DNA of 64,000 nt from assembly GCA_051294375.1 (NCBI GenBank), contig CM119270.1, positions 11,528,141 through 11,592,140 of the forward strand. Reading direction: 5' to 3'. Positions 54,030-64,000 of the stretch are shown here, one piece after another (positions within the stretch are counted from its first letter, which is position 1; every line of letters begins with the position of its first letter). The translations under genes and the position numbers were made by a program. Under the pieces are notes generated by a model that had not been told where the DNA came from, searched no databases, and was given only the letters and a program-made list of their open reading frames with translations. The stretch comes from Paraspadella gotoi (taxonomy: Eukaryota; Animalia; Chaetognatha).

Positions 54030-55518
54030 TAGGGTTCCGTTAACCGTTAATTTTTGAGGAACTTCGCTTAACCGTTAAAACTAACGTTTTTTAACGGTTA
54101 ACCGTTAAATCGGTTAATTTTTATAATTTAACTTTTAATTTAAAATATTAATATTTGAAACTAACTAAAGTATTTAATGGTATTTTCTCCTTAACTCCGG
54201 CTACTGAATAGTCTTTATCTTTTATTTCAGATAGATGAGGTACACATTATAGTTGTATAAATGAGAAAATTGATTTGAAAAAACAGCATTATAATAAATT
54301 TTTTTTTGCCTCATAGCATAATAAAAATATGAAAAAAGACAATGAAAGAAAAGCACATGTATTTTAATTCTGTATATTTTCTTTTTCTCTTTCTCTCTTT
54401 TTCTTTCTTTCTTTCGTTTTTGCTTTTCCTTTTTCTATTTCTCTTCCTCATTATTTTTTATAGTTGTTAGTTTCTTGAAAGCATGTTTTCTGTTGTTGTC
54501 TTTCATAAACCATGACCATAAATATAAATATAATTATAAATATTGTATTAAGACTTTCTTTTCGTTACGTTTATAGTTAAGTGAAAGCAAAATTTATTTG
54601 TTTAAACAACAGTTTTTATTTTTTAAAAAAAGGACATGTTTCGACTCTCACGCGCTGATGTAGACTCGGAAAAACTAGAGTCGAACATGTCCGTTTTTTG
54701 GATAAAAAACCGGTTGTTTGTAAAACAATAAACTTTGTTTTCTCTTAATTATGAATATCAATTTATTAATTGAATTGTTAATGATCGATTGATCAAAAGA
54801 GTTATTAAATTAATAAATATTTTTTTTAAATTTTATTAAAGTAAAGTATATCATCATTGAAGGATAGTTTTAGTTAGCCTTAATGTCTTTTCAAAGATTC
54901 ATTCCTTCTATTGTTCATTTTTTAATGTTTTCTAATAATTTTTTTATTTTAGTTTTTTTTTAAAATTTTTTCATTCATTGGCTTTATTATATTTACTTCT
55001 TTGTTCATTTTAAAAATTGAAAGAAAAAGCTAAAAAAAGTAAAAGAAGAAAGATTTATTTATTTTTTTATTAGCAAAATAGAATATTATTGTTTGCATGT
55101 AAAAATGTGATTTGCAAAAAAAATATATGCAGATGCATATTATATTCAAATATTCTTTGATGTAAATGCTTAATTAGCTGAAAGGAAAAACGAAAAGAAT
55201 TGGGAGAAAAAGTAAGTAAAAATACCGAAGGGCAGAAAAATGATAATAGATTAAAAATAGAAAAAGATTAAAAAGGGTTGAAAATAACAAAGAAAAAATA
55301 GGGGAAATGTAAGAACAGAGAGAGGGGGGAAATATAGTGAGAAAGGCGAGAGGAGATAAGGAAAAAAAATTTTTTTCTTAAAAATCAAAGTTTTCATAAC
55401 AAAAATTATACTGAAAATTCAACCGAATTTAACCTTAAAATAATATATTAACGGTTAGATAAAATTTATATTTTTAACCGTTAATAACCCGTTAACTGTT
55501 ACGGTATCCGAACAACTA
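54030..55518. mobile_element. Mirror copy of the hAT-type element in the right arm of the palindrome
   Basis: Reverse complement of 46144-47637, flanked by GTTGGGAG on both sides. Confidence 0.75.
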
Positions 55519-55571
55519 GTTGGGAGGCGAATGACTTGCCTCCAGCACCAATGGCCGCTAATGAACGGTTG

Positions 55572-55596
55572 NNNNNNNNNNNNNNNNNNNNNNNNN
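55572..55596. other. Assembly gap (25 N)
   Basis: Run of 25 N terminating the palindrome arm. Confidence 0.99.
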
Positions 55597-56920
55597 AAGA
55601 GAGAGCTCCAAGGGGGGAGAATCGCAAACAAAAGTGAGAAGCTGAACTTAACTGAACGGGTAAATGGGGCGTTTGGCTCAACTGCTCGTCTAAAAATGGA
55701 ACTAGAAATTGAAGATAAAAAGATGAAGAAAAATATGACGAGACTTTTAAACGACAAAATTAAAATATACAATTTAAATTTACTAAATTTAATTTTTTAT
55801 CTTCTCCATTTCTATATTTGATTGATATTTTTTTAAACATCTTTTTCCGCTTACTTTAATTTTCTATTCTTTATTTGTGGTTTTATTCGTTTCCTCACCT
55901 CGGATTAGGGGTTTGCTTTTTAACGGATCCTGTTTGTTCAAGACTTAAAAAAGGTACGGATTAATTAAGGGAGAGAAGGACGGCGCAAAAGTAGAAAAAG
56001 TTTCGCCGATAACTTTATGGCCATTTCTGCTCTGGGCACTGCCAAGACCAGAAATGGCCTGGGCAGAAATTCCCAGTGGGCAGCCCTCGAAGGGCAAAAA
56101 ACGACTCAAGCCAAGGGATGACGTGAGTGATAACAATCTCAAATCGCTTAAAAAATTAAAAGTGAAATGGAGTAAAAAGAAAAACATAAGAGGAGAAAAT
56201 ACGAAAAAAGAAAGAAAAAGAAAAAAATAAGGAAAGATGGAGGCGGAGTGAATGACCGCTAGGATTCCGAGTTGGAAATAATGAAGACAGAAGAAGAATG
56301 TGACGAAAAGGATCTTGATATTAAAGAAGGAAGTGGAGAAACAATGGAGAAACAAAGGATTCGATCCGGGTAAACGGGAGATAGCAAGAATGTCCAAAGC
56401 GAGACAAGTCAAACTCGATAAATTAAGAGACTAACAGGACGATTTTTTTTTTGAAGTAGTATTTGGTGATTAATCTTTCTTTGGTTGTGTTTGTGTTATT
56501 TGAGATTAAAGACGAAGTCTTTTTACATCAACGTCTTTAATCTCAAATAAAGTAGTATCTAAAAAAAAAAGCTGTTTTATTAAGGCGTTAACTTTGAAAA
56601 CAACTTTTCATCGTTCAGGCCGACACTGATCACTCTCTCTCAGGCTGCGCCGCGTCATTTGTGATGATCCCCTGCGTTCTTCCCCCCCCTGCAGATTTCC
56701 CCGTCTTCCGATTTCATCCGCCTTCGCCCAGTTCACTCCTCGAGTCTTAAATGCTCTCCACACCGCAAATCTCCAAATCCACTCCTATCACTCTTTCTCG
56801 CTACTCAGTTCGCACACCAGTCCTTCCCCCTTCACTCTCCCGCCCGGCAAACTGATTTTATTTTCTCTCTCTCTGTCTCTCTCTCTCTGTCTCTCTCTCT
56901 CTCTCTCCTCTCCTTCTCTT

Positions 56921-56968
<48 letters not shown>

Positions 56969-56987
56969 CTCTCTTCTCTCTTCTCTC

Positions 56988-57018
<31 letters not shown>

Positions 57019-57137
57019 TGAGCGACGTGGCGCTAGAGAGAAAGAGAGAGAGAGAGCTCGCCGCGTTCTTGAATTATTCCAGTCTTCGCCGCGAGATTTC
57101 CATAAATCTGGCGTCGAGATGAGAGACGATAACAAAG

Positions 57138-57181
<44 letters not shown>

Positions 57182-58187
57182 TCGCGGAGTCGCCCTCGAA
57201 TGATCGATGCGACGAAGGATTTCTATCCCGAGGCCAGCGACGCCTCCTCTCGCTCTCGCCAACTCCGAGCCGAGAGTCGGGGGAGGGGGAAAGAAATTTT
57301 CAATCTAAAACAAGAAGATATTATCGGCCTATTACTCTAGTATTAGTAAAACAAGTTAAATTAGTTTAGAAAAAGTTTGTTATCTTCAAAGACAGATTTC
57401 GGTAGCATATTTTTTTTTATTTAAATTTTAATTAGAATATCAATTGTCAACATTAAGAAAAGCGAATCAAACGAGCAAAAAAAAAATATATAAAAATAAA
57501 ATAACTGTTATTTTTTAGAATCTCAATATAATTATTTTTATACGTTATGAGGTTTACACGAGAAATTTGAATTCAGATGTTAAATTCAATTAATTATAGT
57601 ATTAAGTCGAGAAGAAAACTAATGTAACCGCTTTTATAATGTTTTGTCAATTGTCACAATAAATAATTTCAGATAAAGTTATGTATTAAATTTTAGGCGA
57701 TTATACCAAATAAATTACGTACGAAGCCTTTGTTATTAAATTTAACCAGGAAAAATTTTCTCGTCTTTCTAGTTTCACTTGATTAAAAAAAAAGAGAAAA
57801 AAAGAGAAAAATACAGTCTTTTGCTTTCCACGCTTGAAAAATTCATGCATTTTGATATAAAATTTTGAAAAGAAAAAAAATTCAAAGCCGACGGTTGAAG
57901 AGAGAAAAAGCTCAGAAAAAAAAAAAGAATTTCATAGACTTCGAAAAGAAGTAAAGTATTTTAGAGTTTATTTATATTCACGAAGAGAGAAAAAATATTT
58001 AAAAAAACTTATATTTTTCCGATTTTATTTCCGAGGAAATTGATGAGGGGAAAAAGAGATTTAATAAAGTTCTCAATCGAATGAATGAATTTCAAGGGAA
58101 AAATTTTAGATCGTGGAATAGAATGGAAAAAAAGATAAAAAGGGAGAACTGATCTCTCCAAAAATAGAAAGTAGGAAATTAAAATCA

Positions 58188-58316
<129 letters not shown>

Positions 58317-58488
58317 GGGGGAAAGAGAGAACAAAACCGTTCTGTTTTAGAATAGGACACAAGTAGAAATGATGAAATAACATTGAGAAACACAAGAAGA
58401 AGACGAAGAAGATGACGAAACGAAAATGGGAGTCATAAACGATAAACAAGCGTGAAACTGAAAGGGTGACGTGTGGACGACGATGATA

Positions 58489-58525
<37 letters not shown>

Positions 58526-59697
58526 TGATGATATCGACGATGAAGGAAACGAAGACAACGTCGGCCATCTTATTGTACTTTAATTTTAACTTTTTTTATT
58601 CAAGGGATAAGGAATTGTAGCCTGGAAGCCCGAATACGTACGATAATAACGATAAAAAAATCGAAAAAAATACAAAAATTCGGGGAAACTTATGGTAAGT
58701 AATGTATCCTTTAGAAAAGTTCACAATGAAAATCATTACGACAAAAAATAATAATTATTATAAGACTGTAATATCGACGCATAACCGACAAACGAGAAAA
58801 ATTTCAAAAAAAAAGAAAAATATGGGCGTAAACCCGCGTCAAAAATTCCAGTTTTCCCTCCCCTTAAGCCAGAATTTCGCGCCCCTTTTTTTCCAAAGTC
58901 TACGAGGTTCTGTGACGAAGTATCAATCTCAAAACCTTCGTCGTCAAATCGTCTTTTCATCGAATGTTTATTCCGCCTTCGAAAGTCGGAACTCGTTTTC
59001 AAAACGAATTTTCGGTTTCATCGAGGCGAGTTGTTGCGAAGCACCTAAGGGGCTCTTTGCTAACCTCGCTTGACTGAAATAGGCGTTATTATTAACCTTA
59101 AAGTTATATGTTAATATAACGAAATGACACATATTCAAGGAAAATCTTTGCTGAGAATATTGGAAGATCCTAAAGCTAAAGCTACCTTTGTGGCCAGCCT
59201 AACCAGAATTTGGGTTTTAATTTCATTGTATACATGCAGAATACGAACCGATTCATGAATATATTTTATTGTATTTGATCTTCAGACTTACGATTGATTT
59301 TAGTACCACCTTTTCATTTCGTTTTTTTCTAGTCATCAGGAAATTGGAAACATTTCCCGCTTCCACCTCCTTCTCGAGAAACAAAGGACAATTTAAAAAA
59401 AATATCCGAATCGCGAAGCAAGAAACGCGAAGAATGAGGAACGTGAACGAGACGAAGTGTTCACGTGCCACAGAGAAAAAGTTTTTCTCATTTCCGGAAG
59501 CGAGAATTACCTCCGCGCGAGATTCTCGTCCCCCGGGGGGCAGATTTACCTTCGCCGTAATTATAGTTGGAAGAAAAACCCCAACGCCCCTAGGGGCCCG
59601 TGATACGCAGGGCCCGGGAGAAGCGTGATACGTGAGCCTCACGAGCACGGTGATGCGCGAGGCTCGAGAATAAAGAGATACGTGGGTCCCTCGATGG

Positions 59698-59754
<57 letters not shown>

Positions 59755-60435
59755 TCCTATCTTCATCTTCTATTTTAAGATAGAAATTCTTCGCTTGCAA
59801 AGAATCAAGAGTGATAAGACAATGATAACACAAAGATATCACCAAATTACCTTTCCTCCTCTTTTCTTTTCCCACTTCGTCTCGTTCTCAGACTACTGGG
59901 GAGAAGCTGCCTTCTAATCTGTAGGGGGTTAATCACCGCGCAATCATCCGGACAAATCACCAAAGAATCCAATCGCCCAAAATGTTGAAAGGTAAAACGA
60001 CGGAGGAGGCTCTAACCCCCAGAGGTCAGTTCCTGGTGGACAGATTGAAAGAGAAACGTTATTCCTGATTTTTAGCATGGTTAATTTATCGACCCCCATG
60101 TAAACCAACTATATTTAGGTAAGAAATAAAATTGAAATGTAATTCACTTTGAATTATTATGAAAGGAAAAAAATATATATAAATCTGTATCAATAAGAAA
60201 AACGGATTGTGATGAAAAAAAAAAATATGGAAGAAAAAGAAGGGGAATTTTCGTGTTCCGCTTTCCAAGTCACTATTTCTCTCTGACCCGCGCAATCGCA
60301 AGGTTTTTCTGTTTCGCCTGAGGCTTAGAAAAACATTCCCGTCTCTTTCCCTAAATTGTCAAATAATTCCTCCCGGCCACTGGTGCCTTCTTCATAAGTG
60401 CGAGGGGGCAATGTTTCCGTTCGGCCTTTTCTGTG

Positions 60436-60506
<71 letters not shown>

Positions 60507-61017
60507 CTTACCATTTTAAAAACTGCGCGACGCAACTTTTCATTTCGAAAAAGGTAATTATTTCTCTCTACCTATTTTCTTGCACCGCTGCCAGTCGCTA
60601 CGAAAAAAAAATTTCTTTCTCATTTGCTTTATTGAAGGTTCAAACTTCAGAGACTTGCGTTTCGCACAGTTTTCTAGCTTTGCCTGATTGTGCTTCACTC
60701 ACTACTCAAAAGCCTTTTCTTTCTTTGTTTGCTAAAAAAAAAATAGGAAAGAAAAAGCACCCAAAAAATTATAGAACTTAAAAACTTTTACTTTCTAACT
60801 AAATAAAATTTGAACTTTTTTTTTCGTTTTTTTTCAATGAAAAAAAAGTTTTAATGACATTAATTTTTGTAAAACAAAAAAAATATCTCAGACGTCATCA
60901 AAATGCTTTTTTTTTCTTTTACAGAACAAAGGAGAAAAAATAAAGGTTACATCCAATTAAGAATTGCAACAAGATTTCTTTTTTTTCTAACTTTCTCTAT
61001 TCTATCTTCTTCCATGA

Positions 61018-61102
<85 letters not shown>

Positions 61103-61364
61103 TCCATTTCCTTTATTGACGTTGCTCACACCTGCAAACCTTGGACGACGACGACGACGACGACGACGACGAAACTTCACGAACATTTATAAAATCCTTG
61201 TCTCGTTTAGTCAATTTTTCAAAAAACGTAATGACTTAAAAGTAATAATAATTAAAAAGAATTAGGATTTATTTGTTATTTGTTATTTGTTAACTTACAA
61301 AAACTGTTTACATTTAATCAGTTACTTGTTCGTAATCTTATTCCACAAAGACATAAAATTGAGA

Positions 61365-61493
61365 ATATTGAGGCGACTTACCACCGGTCTCTCTCTCTAA
61401 ACCCTTCCTCTCTCCTCTTTCTCCGAGCCGGTCAATCCACACGGTCACTTTGCCCTAGCTTTGGCAATGACCGGTGGTAAGTCGCCTCAATAT
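61365..61493. mobile_element. 129-bp MITE-like element with perfect 25-bp inverted ends
   Basis: ATATTGAGGCGACTTACCACCGGTC (61365-61389) and GACCGGTGGTAAGTCGCCTCAATAT (61469-61493). The outer TA could be a TSD. Confidence 0.65.
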
Positions 61494-62129
61494 CAATCGT
61501 GAAACAATTAAACGAATGAGAGATAGAGACGGAGACAAAAGAGAAAGAGACTCAGAAAAAGAAAGTTAATGACTTATCTTTATTTTGCTAATATGAAAAT
61601 TCTTCTTGCTAAACAGCAGACGATAATATGATAAAATTATATCTTGAAGAGAAAGAGTGCGAAGCCGGACAGAGGTTGCAAGTTTAAATTTAAACGCACA
61701 TTGTACGTTGCTTAAAAAGTTTAATATTTTAGGGGGTTTTCTTTATTCGCTGAAAAATAAGGCAAAAGTTAAGGGTTTTAATTACAAAACTTTAACGAGA
61801 AAAATGAGATAATTAAAATTAATTCGACAGAGGGAACTCTAAAGAATACCATGTCATGACAATAAATCTCGCACATGAAGAAACGATAAAGTTGATTTTG
61901 ACAAAATTTATATTTACTCTCTCTCGTCTGCTCCATTCTCATCGTTAATACCTGCTCCGTCCTTGTCTCTGTCTCTGTCTCGCTCCACTCGCTCCTCTCG
62001 TTTCGATCCTTAACAGAGCGAGCATGAGCCAAAGGGAGATTTATCCATAAGAGGAAAGCAATAAAACTGAAGTGGGAGACGCTTACCATCTCTCTCTCTC
62101 TCTCTCTCCTCTCTCTCCTCTCTCTCTCT

Positions 62130-62184
<55 letters not shown>

Positions 62185-63046
62185 TCTCTCTCTCTCTCTC
62201 TCTCTCTCGCCTTCACATGCTCTTTGGTTCTCTGTCTGGCAAGGTTTTTTTTTCGCCAATATAACAATCGCTTCATATTTTCCCTTTTATCCGCGTTTAC
62301 TGCGTCGTTTCTGCTGCCAAAATTCTGATGACCTTTCTGGGCGAAACAATCAAAAATTGAAACCAGGGATAAGGGGGTTCTGCTCTTTGCTCTCACCCTG
62401 GAATGTAACATACACGCGATAACATGAGAAATCGAGAGTAATAAGATGTGTATTAACACTTCCGGGAGGAAAAGCTAATAACAATATTATCGTATTGATT
62501 AAAGTCAGCCGACTGGGTCAGTCTTATATTTACTCAACTAAAGAAAACCTTACAAACGGCACCATGACGAGGGCGACTGTTTCGTGTCAAATTCTTTTTG
62601 CGTTTTCCCTCGTTTGATTCATCCGCCGTCCGGTTGCCGATTCTCTCGGTCGATCATTTCCGGCGCGCCGGCCTTTCTCCCTTCCTCACGACGAATGAGC
62701 GACTACGCAATGAATCAGCGGCGGCGATGAGAGAAAAAAAAAAGTCTCATAAAACAAAGAAGGTCCCTTTGGCCGAAGGCGCGCGGAACCGGAAGCGAAA
62801 TGAAGAAAACGACGTCGTTGTTCAGTTTATATCGTGAGGAATCATTTTTTATTTTTATTCTCGTAGAGCGTAAGACGGAGACTCGGTGGGAACGGTAAAA
62901 AAAACGTGAGGGCTGAATGTAAGGAGGAAGACGAGTTGTATCTTATATTTATTCATGGAGTTGTATTTTAATTTTTTTTTCACAACCAATTTTATTGAGC
63001 AAAAAATAACGATCACTTTCACTGATCGCAGTCGCCGAAATGTGAA

Positions 63047-63113
<67 letters not shown>

Positions 63114-63558
63114 TGTATCAATGTTTATGACATGTCAAAAAGCTTTTCGTCAAGATTGGCACCACGTCACGATTAGTTTTATTATTTTTGATTTTTGTTT
63201 TGTTTTATCACTTCGATCTTGAGACTTTGAATACATTTTTTTTATGATATTAACATTTATATAGATAACTGTCTTATGCGGTTTTTTTCATCCTCCTCCT
63301 TATTTCACACTTTGGGGTTTTAAAATTTTTTGTCTTCATCAATCTACATCGTCGTTTCGTCTCTGTCTTTGTCTTTGTCTTTGTCTTTGTCTTTGTCGTC
63401 GTCGTCGTCGTCGTCGTCTTCGTCGTCTTCGTCGTCATCGTTTGTTGTCTCTGTTGTCTTTGTTGTCGTCGTCCACGAATTTCTTCGTTGATTGATATTC
63501 GTTCTGAACGTCATCTTCGTCTTTGTTTGTCGCTTCTGTTTGTGTCGTTAACGTCACT

Positions 63559-63601
<43 letters not shown>

Positions 63602-64000
63602 TGTTGACGTCATCGATTGTCAGGCGAAAAAAAAAAAACATTCGGAATCCGATTTAGACACAACCGTGTTAAAAAAAAACTACGTACTTTAATTCACTAT
63701 TATAACATGTAATTTTATGGGGAACCGTGAGAATGAAAACGAAATTATTTTTTTAATTTGAATTTCGACGGGACCATTCACCGCAGAGCCAAGGTGAGAG
63801 TGAACGACGAACGACGTGAATCTCAGAAACACAGTAAGGCGTAGTAAAATTTCTAAATTTAACTTTGATTAAAATTTTAAAAGTAAGGAATGAACAATAT
63901 TATACTAATGAACATTTATATAATAAAAAGATTTATAATAAATTTTACAATTTACGCAGTAGGCCATATTTATACTAGTACTAAACCAATAAATGTTAAA

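Noticed and set aside
59590-59690. Cluster of GATACG/TGATAC motifs as an enhancer
   Set aside because: Three or four short motifs in a GC-rich patch cannot be distinguished from chance or a decayed repeat without data.
62325-62351. Hammerhead-like CTGATGA...GAAACAATC
   Set aside because: Stem II lacks a closing pair, stem I is at most 2 bp, and there is no similarity to the other hammerhead-bearing repeat. Likely chance.

Overview
Eukaryotic, probably invertebrate animal, genomic DNA that is AT-rich, gene-poor and very rich in microsatellites: (AG)n, (AAAG)n, (GAC)n, (AAT)n, (CAT)n. Almost all ORFs in the track are SSR read-throughs. One convincing gene is present: a 3-exon XK-related (Xkr/CED-8 family) multi-pass membrane protein at 42367-45386 (+), possibly with a second degenerate XK-like module. 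Mobile DNA includes: (1) a 4.8-kb non-autonomous LTR retroelement (32688-37480, minus strand, 6-bp TSD GGACTC, PPT) whose PBS is a perfect 12-nt complement of a sequence in its own LTR, suggesting Tf1-like self-priming; (2) a tRNA-Gly-like SINE, one copy of which is split in its anticodon loop by a 1.5-kb hAT-type element with an 8-bp TSD; (3) Penelope-like pseudo-LTR fragments with minimal hammerhead-ribozyme-like motifs, one nested inside the hAT element; (4) a small MITE and two unclassified dispersed repeats. Two large structures, a ~4.95-kb tandem duplication (2309-12250) and a ~9.5-kb palindrome (46089-55571), lie near 25-N gaps and differ mostly by indels, so they may be assembly artefacts. 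All calls were made by eye without database searches.
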